NCBI RefSeq assembly: GCF_033153115.1
Contig: NW_026889808.1
Location: 496,001-560,000 of the forward strand
Length of the DNA stretch: 64,000 bases
From: Saccostrea echinata
Taxonomy: Eukaryota
Direction: 5' to 3'
Shown here one piece after another: positions 48,289 through 61,721 of the stretch. Made by a program: the position numbers and the translations under genes. The first letter of the stretch is position 1. Each line of letters starts with the position of its first letter. The notes under the pieces are model-generated. The model was not told the DNA's origin, made no database searches, and was given only the letters and a program-made list of their open reading frames with translations.

Positions 48289-51200
48289 TTACATTTGTGA
48301 CTTATTCATATTATTTATTAGCCTGATTATAACCTTTAATGCGTGAAATGTTTTATTTTTTCAAACTCAACGGCACAAGTTTGATCTATTGATTGCGCGT
48401 CGACCCTTTATGACGTCACTGAGAAATTACGTCGAACGTTTATGACGCGAGGAACCCGTGTTTATACGGATATAGATACACATTGCTTTTAATAGTGTTA
48501 TATAAAGGAAAACATTTGCAAATGTAAATATATACTGATATTTACATAATTCTAACAAAACCAAATGATCCTTGAACAACCACACAGTGCCTAGAAAAAC
48601 GTACGTAGTAATTGTTGAGAGCCTTTGATAATATATTGTAAACAGGCGATAAATAAGAGAAATTAAAGAAAAATATCCATGCATTATTTTAATCTGACCA
48701 GTCTCAATATCTTATTGGTTACTTCTCATTTCAAAATTTATTCTAAAATATAATATAATGACATATATTAAAACATATAAAAGCACAGACAAACATGAAT
48801 GAAAACATAACCTCTTTTCGCTGGTGGTTGTATTCAACTTCCCTTGGCAAGATAATAGGTAAAAAATTCTGTCTGGATGAATAATTTATCAATACTAGTA
48901 AGCGTTTTCACTTTAAGTACCTCAAATATTTTATAATTAACTGGTTGAAATAACAAACAGTGATCAATCTCATAAAACTGGTATATAATACGAATCGAAA
49001 ACAATGCAAAAGCTGGTAGCCCTGGAAAACCAGAGGTTGGGTCAGGTGCCTAAGAGCAGTAAGCGTCCCTAGATTTTAAAAGTACATTGTTGTTTGTCAT
49101 TGTCGAGAAACTTTATGAATGTATTCCATCATTCGATAATTTCAGTCCACATAAGAAACACAAAATAATATGTTGAACAGGTTAATATGTTTATTTGTGA
49201 ACGTCCCATTTGCTCAACCGAAAAATTCGTTATCTTTTATCTTATGAAATATACTGAACAAGGATAAGACAACAACGTGCAAATGAAAATGCTCAGAAAG
49301 TTCTTTTTTCCTTGTAAATTTGATTTCGATCAGCATATTACAGAAATCTAATTTATCGCATTAATTTTGAGAGCTTATTACCCCGAAATTTTGTTTAAAT
49401 GCCTTTTTAAAAAAATGATTTGTTAAGAAAACGGAAGCAAAAAAAAATATTTCTGGATCAGGAAACTCCTCACATGATCATCTTTGATTTAACCAAAAAT
49501 ATTTTCATTAGTACAAGTAGACACGTACTGAAATTAATTTTTTTCCCTTTAAATCTCTTAATTGCTGTTTTTGTCATTTATATCGTTTAATGTGTTTTGG
49601 AGGGGTTCATTATCAACATTAAATACTACATATAGATATAAAACGTTTATTATAATGGCTAAAGCGATCTAAGACATATATCGGTATCTACGATGTTAAC
49701 ATGACTTACAAGACCAGGCAGATGTGAATATTTAGTGTAAACCACAAGAATGAGTGTCAATCTCGTGATTGGCCAAGTTTGAGGAAAATTCAATGTAACC
49801 ACAAGAAGTATGAATGGAAAAATTATCAATTTTAAATAGATCAAGTTTCGGTTTGTCACATGGACAAATTCTGTTTCTAAGTTCTTCAATCTAAGTTCGT
49901 CATGCTTGACAATTTCATACAAGAACATGTGACATAATTACTTGGTGTTTGCGACACGTACACACCTCAATGGTGGTTGACTTCTCAAAATTTGTTAGTC
50001 TAAATCTTTTATCAGACATATACATATCTTTTTTAAAAAATATTTAACTTGAAATGGTAATATAAGGTTTTAGAATGTTTTAATACAAAAGGAATAAAGA
50101 AAAGAAAAACCGACAAAATGGTCAATGCCCTGAAACCAAATAAAAAAAATAACAAAATTACAATTATAACTTTTTGCTTAGTTTTTACTATTTACCTGTT
50201 AAATAAGAGTGAAATGACGTATCAAACATTTAGATCGATACCAATTCTTCATATCGCCTTCCTATTTTGTCCTACACCGACTGTTCAAATAAGTGATTTG
50301 TCGTTTAACTATGGATGACCAATACACTTTTTTTTTTAAATTACAAATAATGAATATGATTTCATTCACTATTCTTTGGAATTATTACTTCCTTGATATT
50401 AGTGTGTGGATAGGATAATCAGCATTCTGATACAGTGTTTTATTTAAACAAGGAGGTCATTCTAATAGATGTTATTGCCACCAGTTTTTATTCTAAGTGT
50501 AGGCTGACAGACCATTACAAGCAGAAAGAGAAAATCTTGACGTTAGAAATAATGTAATCAATGACGTAGATAGGTGATTTATCACCGAATGGATGATGTT
50601 TAACAATTATTCTCATGTAGTGAAATTCTTTTACGACCTTATAATAAAACATCTATAAAATAGGTCGCCTTGATGAGCTTAGGTCTAAATAATGGTATAC
50701 ATATCCAATTATTTATTGAAGAAGACTATGCTAATTATATTCAGGGCAAAAGATAGCTTTTTATTTGTTGACACTTTGATTGTGACGTCACTTTAGCAAA
50801 ATAAGTAAATGGTAGTAAATATCAGAAAGATTGCATCGAATAGGATATCATGGGATGAAAGCAACGAATCAAATTTTAGTCTTTTTCATCAGAATGGGGG
50901 TTTTGTGTCGAATGTTTACTATCCAATATATTTTGTCATTTGTAAGAAACTGCACATATAAATAAAGAGTTTAACCCAAATTACCAATATCTAGTCCATT
51001 CCTTCAACACACTGTGGTAAGTTTGTCATTCAAAGCTTACACTACTGCAATTCAGTATAAAGACTTCTGCAATTGATAAAGCTCATAGTTTAAACAATAT
51101 GCATATATACAGGCATTTAACGTATACATCTTTGATCGCTTTCCAAGGACATCTCGGCAATTACAAATTACTTTTATTGTGCTGAATTCTGCCATAAAGA

Positions 51201-51364
51201 ATTTTGAGGTGACAATATATGAATTATTCATACAATGTGGTGACAATATTTTGTAACACACAAATTTACTCTTGTACAGGTGTGCGTTTTGTTTACATTG
51301 CAACTGGTGAAATTTATATTTTATATTATTTTTTTTAAATCGCTGTAAATCAATTTAGAGTAGT

Positions 51365-51367
<3 letters not shown>

Positions 51368-51445
<78 letters not shown>
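51368..51445. repeat. (TA)n microsatellite
   Basis: Direct reading; others at ~52513-52575 and ~20044-20066. Confidence 0.95.
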
Positions 51446-51448
<3 letters not shown>

Positions 51449-52507
51449 TTTTTCAAATAGTTTCAATTTTTGAAGATTGCATAACTCTTAAAAATCTACA
51501 AGTCAAAATTTTTCGTATAAAAAAAAATAGAATATAGAATTTCTTGTCTAAATCTGCAGTGGAGGAAAACGCCAGAAACATCACCTCATGTTTAAAATAT
51601 CAATATATTATCATTTCTCCAAGACATCAGAGAGTTCCCGTATCGATGTATGAAATGTATTTCAATGTTTAATAGCATAAAGATGCCTGAAGCATTTAAT
51701 GGTAAAATTCGTTTCATTTTCCTTGCATTAAAAAGTGGAAAACATTTATCCACAATTTCAGTACACCGTTATTTTTTTTAAGTTTGTTATTAATAAAGTA
51801 TATGTAATACAATTGATATTATAGTGTTATACGTTAAAACTGTAATCATACCAAAAATAGTTATTCAAGTAAAATTCTTAACATATAAAGAAAGTGCATT
51901 TTTAATCTTATCTTTTAGTTTGTTCATTTTGAATTGCTTAATATTTCTAATCAAAATTTTTGTGTTTGTTTTAATAAACTGATGTTTAAAATTTCTATTT
52001 GTTAAAGTATAATTTATAAGGCATATTTCTTTTGCCCATGGTCCAAAACGCCCTATCCTTGTCTTTAACCATTTGAATCTGTAAAGGAAATGTTTTCTTA
52101 TTTGATATGTGTACTTTAAGATTTGAAGGCAAAGCTCTGTGAAAAATATCTAAAAGGAATATATTTTGAATCTGCACCCAAAAAACTACGTTTGAAGTGC
52201 AAATATTAATATTCATAAACTTTGTTCTAATTTTTTGTCAGTAATAATACGTGAAAATGTCTCTTACACGACATATGTCAAACAATATCCTTCTCTTTTT
52301 TAAAGATTTAAACATAAGAACTTTAAAAGAGATTAAATTAAGAACTAATTACAACTAATAGAAAACCGCCGAAATATTGCCGATTCGGTCTTAAACAATG
52401 ACCAATCAACATAAAATCATTGGAGTAATTTTAGTAATAACTATATTCTGTTGTTTTTGTTGCTTTCTTTTTTATATAATTTTATACAAAAAGATATTTT
52501 GTGAAAA

Positions 52508-52578
<71 letters not shown>

Positions 52579-54167
52579 AATAAAATACATCTCAAAGTAC
52601 AATCGACTTAGCCGTTTCAGAAATAGCTAACGCAAGTAATTTTTATCAAATTTTTACACTTCTATGAATATAGGTCACCGAACATGGTGTCTAGCAGATA
52701 TCGTTTAAAAGTCGCCTCTTCTCATTAACAGGCGTCTTTAAGATGAGCTGAGTTGTCATATTTGATTTCCATGCATTGTCTTATTCTTATTTCACCTACG
52801 CTGTTTAATATTCTTTGTTTTCTCTTTTGTTTTTATCAAACATTTGACAAAAACCTAATTAATTATATCAACATGTCAATTTTACTATGTTTCAAAAAAG
52901 AATTTCACATCTAAATGTTCATATCTTCTATTATTATCTAAAGAAAACACGCATATGCTCTTCCCTTGGCCTACATTCTGTAAAGCACAGTGCATCATGT
53001 CCTACCAAATTTCCGCATAGTATGACATAGAAGACATTATAATTAATTTTCTTAAGAGATTTAATTTTTTGTTTAAAATGAAAAATGAAATTGGGAGAAA
53101 ATTCACGCCTCCACCAAACTCTACAGTTTGTGGATTTCCCTTCTATTACTAAATAGGTAAGTGAAAAGACATCTCAACATTTTCTTGTTTCGCATTTAAA
53201 CTTCAATATTGACTTGATTTCGATTTTCGCCAAGGTTTGTTACCTTAAACTATCACTAGTTATATTTTTCATTCTAGGGCAAAGAGAATTTATCAGTTTT
53301 AGAAAATGAAAACAGAGTTTATAAAAGTAAAATAAGTATATATTTTTTAAAGCACTAATACTTTAAATAAACAATGGATTCTTTAATGCAGTTGAGCAAT
53401 CATGCTTGCAAAAGGATGAACCTCTTAGGTTTTTACTGTCCTTCTGTGCAATTTTTGTGAATAGAATTGAGGATTAAATGTCTACAAAAGCTTAAAATTT
53501 ATTAAATCGAGATCTAATTGAATGAAATATGGAAATAACGAACAGTTATCAAGCTCAAAAGTTCATCGAAACCATTTTCGCATGAAAAAAAGATCCGTTC
53601 TTGAATTTTCAGAAATCACTGTTAATTTCTATCTTCGAGATCAAACATCTTAGTTTTCTGATTTCAATTCTAAACACTAGTGTGTCCAAAAAGTAAACCT
53701 CCGTTAAATCTTGAAATAAGTGCGAATATTTTGTGAAGGTCAGGATAATGTCGGGTTGCATTCATCTTCAAGGTCAATGATAAAATTAAAAGTATCGTCT
53801 ATTATGACTTTTTACTTAACTGGGCATGTGACAGAACTAGTAACTTTTTAAAAAAAATTGATAACAATATTTTAAAATTTCGTAATAAAGGTTAGGATTT
53901 GAATGAAGTATATTAATAATTATTAAATACAAGAAAAATTATTAAACATAAGTTGACCCATGATTCGTTTTTACTGGTCATAAATCACTATCTACAATGC
54001 TCTTGATGGATGATCAAGACATAGCCTTATCGACATACGTGAACCAACAATCGCCCTTTTTACGATGTAATATATCATTCATGAATTCATTGAATCTCCA
54101 ATCGGACCAGTTTAACATATACATCTTAACCAAGTTTTAACAGTTAATATTTACTAAATATGTACAT

Positions 54168-54184
54168 AATTATTCTCTTACAGG
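54168..54184 (+). promoter_or_regulatory. Probable splice acceptor of the coding exon of paralog C
   Basis: tattctcttacAG|G; exon starts 54184, 267 nt before the ATG. Candidate donor AG|GTAAGT at 53157. Confidence 0.55.
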
Positions 54185-54450
54185 AAGCAACAGAAAAGAT
54201 TTCACCACTTGACTTGCTGTTCGGGCGCTGATAGGTCCACCTGAACATGTGCTTTACAATATAACCAACCATATCAAAATTTCAAGCAGAACCTAGAAGT
54301 GCGATCGACAAGTCGAAAAGTTGTTAATTTCTACTGAATACTCGAAAAATAACTTTCTTGCCAAGCACTAAATCTTATTGTGAACTCTTGCTATTTCTTA
54401 CGTTTGCCTGCAGCTGACAAGAAGTACGGAAAAATTTTGGTTTTGATAAA

Positions 54451-56544
54451 ATGGATTTCCTCAATATGCATTTAAACTCTAATTTTTTTCTGCATCTCTG
54501 CATTTTGACTGTTTATGTTTCTACCGCTAACATCGTGACAAAGTGTGGCATCCCAGAATGCATTTCAGCCAAAGTCTCTTCTCCTTCCTATAATGTTATG
54601 AAAATGAACAACAAGCCCCTGAAGACCAATGTAACAGGGTTTTATCTTGTCCCTCCAGTATCAAACGAATGCTACCTCAGGACCTCAGATATAATGGAAA
54701 GTTATCACTTCGATGGACACCAAATGGTCGGTGTGTTGGTTTTACGGTGTTCCTCCAGAGCTATAATTCATCTTATACCTGATGTAAGACCAAAATATTC
54801 AAATGTGTTATTTCAGATTCAGATAGATAAATGTCTTCTCACTACGGACAGTTTAAACGCCATCAGTCAGAGGGTAAAGATCAACCATTTATCATTTATT
54901 GACACGTATCCCCTGGTGAGCCACTCATACTGTGATGGGTCTAGCGTAGTCAACGCAGACTGTGGATTCTGGAGTTCTGCCACAGCTATCGGCATTATTC
55001 TTCCGCAGAACCTAAATTCCATTAATATTTCAAGACTTTTCTGGTGCAACAGAACGTTTCCTAACATTAAACAATTACTTTTTCGAAGATGGGACTTAAA
55101 TAATCAAGATCTTCTCTACCTCAAAACAAGATTTCCAAACTTACAAGATTTGCAAATATCGGATTCCTCTCTGAAAGTACCGCCTTCATTTCCTTGGAAT
55201 AATGAAACCTTCAGATTTAACAATAATATGTCGTATTCAGAGACTGGATTTTACGACTCAGCATCGGTCTTCAACATTGAAATCGAACCAAACATTTGGA
55301 AGCGTGTGCTAAACTTGAACTCAAATAACATACAGGTTTTGACAAATTTTATGTTTGATGGGCATCTAGACATGTTAAAGCTTTCAAGGAATGGACTTAT
55401 GTCTGTAGGACCATTCACTTTCTCCAGAATAAAAGGTCTTCAGCATCTCGACCTAAGCGAGAATTTATTATCAGACATTCCTGCCAATATTTTCCGCGGC
55501 CTCACACGCCTCAGGCACATAAATCTTCATGCCAATCTCCTGTCCATTATTCCTGATGAGATGTTTTATGATAATACAGAGCTTGTCTACCTTGACCTTT
55601 CAAACAACAGCATAACAATAATTGGGTCAAATGCTTTCTCAAGATTACATCATCTAGAAGACTTACGACTTGAATATAACCGTATTGTCACAATCAGTTA
55701 CTCCATGTTTCCAGCATATTCTGTATCTTTTCAGTCTTTGACACTTGATGGTAATCCAATGAAAGAATTACCTGAGGCAATTTTCTATTTCAAAACTTTG
55801 TATGATGTTAGTCTCCGGTATACTAATATCGACTTTAAGAACTTTACGCAAATGTTACTTGATTTAGATTTTTCTCTCCTGGCAGAAGGAAACGCACAAG
55901 GTCAGACAACAACAGAAGATGAATTGCTAACGAGATCTCCTCGGAAATTGAAAAGGATTGACCTCACCGGCAGTAAAATAAATAATCTTCATCTTAAGTA
56001 TTTTGGGACTGATATCTCTACTAGAAATTCTGCTATACTCAGAATGAAACTCCTTATGCTACTGAAATATTTTCATCTGATTCTTACCGACAATCCAATA
56101 AACTGTGATTGTAAAATTAACCATCTAACTAGATTTATAAAATATGCCCTAGCTAAAGGTTTTCTACGAGGAAACGAATATTTCTTTAACGACTGGAAGT
56201 GTTCTAATCCAAAAGAACTAAGATATATACCGGTAACGCAAGTTCCAGAAGCAGAAACCTACTGTCCCAAAGACATAGCTAATTGCCCGGTTGAATGCTC
56301 ATGCTACGAACGGTCTATCAGCGGCGTCACTATTGTTGATTGTCGAAATGTCGGACTGAGAGAACTTCCTAGATCACTTCCAGAAGGAATTTTAGACTTG
56401 TGGTTTCAGAACAACAACATTTCAACTCTTACACGAGAGGAATATCTCCCCAGAACTCGACAACTTTTACTAACTGGAAATAAAAATATTAGAATTAATA
56501 CAAATTTACTTCAAAATCTTCATATCTTAAAAATTACCACATAA
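54451..56544 (+). CDS. Ectodomain-only TLR paralog C (signal peptide + LRRs + LRRCT/LRRNT; no TM, no TIR), 697 aa; secreted protein or truncated pseudogene
   Basis: Collinear with A/B (CGIPEC, FPW, LNLNSNNI, IDLTGS, EYFFNDWKCS, LPEGILDLWFQ). It stops within the second LRR block, and no TM/TIR-coding sequence is recognisable downstream in the window. AATAAA at 56823-56828. Confidence 0.8.
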   Translation: MDFLNMHLNSNFFLHLCILTVYVSTANIVTKCGIPECISAKVSSPSYNVMKMNNKPLKTNVTGFYLVPPVSNECYLRTSDIMESYHFDGHQMVGVLVLRCSSRAIIHLIPDVRPKYSNVLFQIQIDKCLLTTDSLNAISQRVKINHLSFIDTYPLVSHSYCDGSSVVNADCGFWSSATAIGIILPQNLNSINISRLFWCNRTFPNIKQLLFRRWDLNNQDLLYLKTRFPNLQDLQISDSSLKVPPSFPWNNETFRFNNNMSYSETGFYDSASVFNIEIEPNIWKRVLNLNSNNIQVLTNFMFDGHLDMLKLSRNGLMSVGPFTFSRIKGLQHLDLSENLLSDIPANIFRGLTRLRHINLHANLLSIIPDEMFYDNTELVYLDLSNNSITIIGSNAFSRLHHLEDLRLEYNRIVTISYSMFPAYSVSFQSLTLDGNPMKELPEAIFYFKTLYDVSLRYTNIDFKNFTQMLLDLDFSLLAEGNAQGQTTTEDELLTRSPRKLKRIDLTGSKINNLHLKYFGTDISTRNSAILRMKLLMLLKYFHLILTDNPINCDCKINHLTRFIKYALAKGFLRGNEYFFNDWKCSNPKELRYIPVTQVPEAETYCPKDIANCPVECSCYERSISGVTIVDCRNVGLRELPRSLPEGILDLWFQNNNISTLTREEYLPRTRQLLLTGNKNIRINTNLLQNLHILKITT

Positions 56545-58156
56545 TATTTGTATAATATGCTTTACTTCTTATGAGTTGTCGTAAACGGGTAATACTATTA
56601 TTGAAATTATCATTCATTTTCTGTGAGAGAGATGTTTATTTCTGATTTGTACATGTATGTTTATGGTTTTATTTTATGTGTATGAAGACATGAAGTGTGT
56701 GAAATCAGTGTCGTGAAATGTAGCGAAAAGAATACTCAAAATGTAGTTTTATGCATAACTCATCATTTGCATGTTATCATAACCTTATTTAATTTTTAAA
56801 TCTATTTCAGGTATGCATTTTGAATAAAATGTGTTTTTCTTTATTCATATTAATATATCCTAGGACGAACAGTTTGATAAAGTTTTTCTTATTATTATGA
56901 CTTTGTTCTTTATTCTATTGTTTGGAAGATTAGATTTACAGACAAATCTACGTTGAAGCAGCACATTTTTTCATTAAAAATGCGTTTAAAAACCTATGGT
57001 TGTTATAATGACCTTGTCTTGAAATACACCTCTGATGTTTTTGGAAGTCCATGCGTGTTTGCTCTGCTCCTTATATGTATTGTTTAAATGAACTTTTGAG
57101 CTTGATAAATGTTCGTTCGCATCATATTACATTTGCCTGACATGTTTCAAACCAATTTTATCCATTGTTTTTATATCAAATTTGAGTAAAAATTATCCCC
57201 TCTAACTGATCACTACAATAGCGGTCACGGCTGGTTTGACCGGTCAACAGCGGATGTTTTATCCTCCTATCACCTGATCTCAAGTCAGAAATTTCAGGGG
57301 TCCATGTTGTATGCCCTGTTCACAAAATGGTATTGCATAGAAGATTTTGGTGATCGATCACTATTCGTTATCTTCACTTTTTTTCATTTTGATAAATATA
57401 TGAAAACGTGATTTTTAAAATGTCAGTCTATACCTAAATTGTAACTTTCTCTTTCACTTGATATATTCCAGAACACTAAAAATAAAAAAAACTTCGGAGT
57501 CTGCCACACGTTTTTTCTATAGCGATATTTTACCGACTATAGACGTAAATAGTCAGTTGCAAATGACAACTTAAGTATATGACAAACAGAGGGATTTCAA
57601 TTTTTCCGTTGTCAGCTTCCTCCGTGTTGTAATACAAATCACTAAATGCTCTTGTTTCAAAAAAGGCAAGCTATCGTTGGATGAAATATGGAGAAAACGA
57701 AGAGTATTCAAGCTCTCAGTCCATTAAACCAATACAAATTAGGAGCAGAGCTAACACGGACCTCCAAAAACATCAGAGGTGGGATCAGGTGCCATGGATG
57801 AGTGAGCATCCCCTGCTGACCGGTCACACCCGCCATGTGGATTCAATTTTTAGAATGAACTGTTTCATACAAATTGCTAGGCCCTTGTTTTTTTTTATAC
57901 TAATATTGACTAAGGATTTCTTCGATATATCATCAAGTATCGTGCATGAATTGTGATCTATATTAGAAATACCTTATTTTCACTTCACTGATAGAGAGTA
58001 TTTTGTCAAATTCTTTTGTATGCTTCTTTGTAGTGTGATGAATCAGTAACTGATTTTCTCTACTCTAGTTATCCACAGCCTATTCTGTTAAAAGCATGCT
58101 CATTCTTTTAGTACTTTTATCCTATGCATATACTTGAACCACTCATTTTTTTATGT

Positions 58157-59065
58157 ATGAAATGTAAAGATCAGGAACATTGATTATACTGAAAAGTTCA
58201 TTAAAAGAATAAAATTTTGTACAGAGCTAACACAAACCTCAGTTGCCATGTAGTAGTAAGCATCGCCTGCCCGCCGGTCACAATCACAATGTGCTCCTTG
58301 GCATGATCGGGTAAACAGAAAAACTCTTAGACAATTCACTGTGAAGATCATCGATATGAAAGATGTCAGTCAACATTCGACTTAACAACAGATTGTATTT
58401 GTAAACAAGGTCATTGTTTTGATCATAGAATTTTCGAAATGTTGACTTTAAACGAGATTGAGATTCTTGAAACTATTTATTTGTCAATAGATGGCTCGTT
58501 TTCGAAATTGTTCGTAGGTGAACATACTCTTGCTCATCGTATCAATTTGGGGTACATAAACTCTATGTGCAGCTGATAATGATATATTACCTACATAAAT
58601 AAGGTAAGTTGACGATAGAAAAGTTGAAGTAATTCAATTTATCATAAAGTTGTGTTTTATTTCGAGTTCAAACGGTTATCTCGAATCAACGTAGGTATGA
58701 ACCTGAATATAGTTAAATTTATATATCTGAATGTCGAATTGAAAGCCACAGTAAAAATCTTCTTCTTTTCCTGTAGAAGTTGTTTTTGAAAAAAAAAAAA
58801 CTTTTTCATGTTAATACAAAAACAGGTCTGCTCATAATGGGCACAATTATTACCCTTCAAAATTCCAACAGTTGTTGGAAAATCTTGTCTCTGAAAATTA
58901 TTAGATAATGCCAAAGAAAAGCTCAGGCGTGTTTCTGATATCATCCTCGTAGTAGTTAGTTGTGTGTAGAATCAAAGTGTTTTAACAAAAAAAAAATGAA
59001 GATGACCGATGACAAGGTATGCAAATTTACTAGTTCCATTTTTATTTTATTGACGAAGCAGTTTA
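58157..59065 (-). mobile_element. Decayed Penelope-like retroelement fragment
   Basis: VGILKGNNCA, VAFNSTFRYI, followed by the family 3' UTR. Confidence 0.75.
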
Positions 59066-60371
59066 CTACAAAGTCTGGTCTTTAATTTATCTTGGGGAGT
59101 GGTTGTAAAAAGTGTGAAAAAGGTCGTATGCTTTTTTTAGTAAAAGTCTGATATTATTTGGCTCCCGGTCTTTGCATCCGCCTGTCAAATTTTGTAATAT
59201 TACAATTTTAAAATTTATTTTAGAATTTTTAGAAAAAAAAGTCTTGTATAATTTTTCCTCCAGGTCTGTATGTCCGTCTTTCACAATCTTCCTATTTTTG
59301 TTTTTACAATTAAACAGTAGCGAATCAATACTTTCTATATTTTTGATTTGTGTTGAACTGTAGATTTCCAATATCGTTTTTGAATTTTCACTTTTATTAT
59401 GGGGGCATATGGGGTTGTTGTTTTTCCTTTTTTTTTTTTTTTAAAAAAATGGCTCCCAGAACTCTTAAACCGAAGAAGCCAAATTATGTTGAATATGACT
59501 GATGGTATCAAGTAGATATGCAATAAGAGTTCAGAATTTTGTTTTTGCACACCAGTAGATATGGACTAAAAAATTGGTTCGAACGATGTTTTATTTCAAA
59601 TACCATGTTACTACAACTCCTCTTATATTTGACGCAGTGGCAAAACATCTTTTTTTCAAATATAATTGATTGTCTACCGTAGATGTGATTTACAAGTATA
59701 TTTTCGTACAAGATCGTATTCTAAATTACAGAGATAGTCTCTATCTTTAGTAACAATTTAAGCATAGTAAAAACATTTGACATTATAGGTAGATAACCAT
59801 TGACTTTATTGAAAAATTAAAAAAAATCTACTGGTAGAATTTCACATCAAGCTTTATAAGAACTCATAAACTTTCAAAACGAACACCTCGGAAAATACAT
59901 TTACAGCAACTAAAGCCTTGTCTCACTTATGAGATAGAGAGACTTGTCTTATGCATCCACTTGATACAGCTAAAATTAGCACGACCGATGCACGGTGTAT
60001 TCCCAAGTGGGGACAAAAGAGTTCACTAAAATTAAAGCAGAATCTTTGTTTGATAACAAAAAAAACATTCCGGTTATTTATTTATCCAAACGTTTAACAA
60101 GTAGGCAATTAAGTGCAATTGTACTCTGACAAATCTCTTTTTAAATATATTTTAGAAGAACTTGATTTCAATTCTATGTCTGGAACTCCAACTTATACGT
60201 ACCCACACTTCACTTTCTAATGATGAAATTCTTCAAACTCACATTTCAGTGTTAAATATTTGAACATTCCAGTCAACCAAGCTGACCTCTATCTATTCTA
60301 CCTATACTTGATTCCTGAACTTCTTAAAAAAAATCTTTACAAAGATATATTGCGGTATCCAGTAAATGCTA

Positions 60372-60588
60372 CTGTGAAATCATCAATGTTCGTGGAGGAC
60401 CAGTGTTCGTGGATTTCGTGGGTCAGCCTTATTCACGAATTTACATCCCCACGAACAATTTTTTGTCAACATATTTATTCAATACTGAGTATATCTTCTT
60501 AGTTAAACACGAAATTACGTCTCCGCGAACCCATAAAATTTTGCTTACCCACGAACATTGACCTCAACGAATTAAAATGATTCCACAG
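60372..60588. mobile_element. Tc1/mariner-type MITE (217 bp) inserted in the RT pseudogene
   Basis: TA|ctgtgaaatcat ... atgattccacag|TA; internal ttcgtgg/ccacgaa repeats. RT-like coding sequence continues across the insertion. Confidence 0.75.
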
Positions 60589-61589
60589 TATACCTTGCTC
60601 CTATTTGTACCTTTCACAAAAATATTAACTACTGAAAAGGAAAAACGCACTGTGGTACAGCATATTTTATAAGTGGTGTAAATCAGATGTGGATTCTCAA
60701 AAACTGCAAAGAACTTTTAAAAAATTAAAAATCACCAAATTTTTCAAAAGGAAGTAACATCAAAACGTTAGACTTTTCGACACTTTATACAATCATTTCT
60801 CATGATTAATTAAAAAGTAGGCTTTTTGGTATCATAGACAGTTGCTTCTTCAATAAAAATGTAACCCGGAAATTTCCATACTTTTCGATTGGCCATAAGC
60901 AGAATTGCTTTGTAAAAATCACTTTGACTCTACACACAAATACGCTTAAGTTGATATTAAAAAGATGCTGGAGTTCCTCACTGACAACATTTATGTAGTA
61001 TTTGGAGACCAGGTTTTCAACAAACTGTTGGAATCTCGGTGGGAAATGATTATGCTCTTGCATAAGCCGACCAGTTTTCATGTTCCTATGAAGCAGAACT
61101 TATTCAAAAACTTGAATGCACATGATAAGAAACACTTGTTGTGACCCTCAACTAGACATTCATATATATATTGACGAAGTATCAATTAACCATATTTTTT
61201 CCCTTTGATATATCAATACGATATATCCCAGTGAACTCGAAAGAAAAGGTACCACAGATTCTGCCATATCTGTTTTATATTTGGAAATTTTACAGACCAT
61301 ACACGATAAGCGCCATCTAAAAAATAAATTGTATAAATAACGAGAGGATTTTTAAGTTTTTCCATTAGCAACTTTCCTTATTTATGTAGTAATATTCTGC
61401 AATCATCTGTAAACGGGGTTTACTTCTTCCAACTTATTCGATACTCAAGAGCATGCTCCGAGTACGATCAATTTTAAACTAAGGCAGGTTACTGGCAAAT
61501 AATTTTATGTTACAGGGATTTCAACATCCTCGTCTAAAGTCAGTATTTCGTAAATTCTATGGTCATTAAAATGACCTTATTAACAAATA

Positions 61590-61721
61590 NNNNNNNNNNN
61601 NNNNNNNNNNNNNNNNNNNNNNNNNNNNNNNNNNNNNNNNNNNNNNNNNNNNNNNNNNNNNNNNNNNNNNNNNNNNNNNNNNNNNNNNNNNNNNNNNNNN
61701 NNNNNNNNNNNNNNNNNNNNN
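61590..61721. other. Assembly gap (132 N)
   Basis: Run of N. Confidence 1.

Noticed and set aside
33020-53140. NF-kB-like sites (tgagtttccc 33020-33029; tggatttccc 53131-53140) and TGACGTCA CRE sites
   Set aside because: Imperfect or short motifs expected by chance, with several CREs inside TEs or CDS; unsupportable without ChIP or conservation data.
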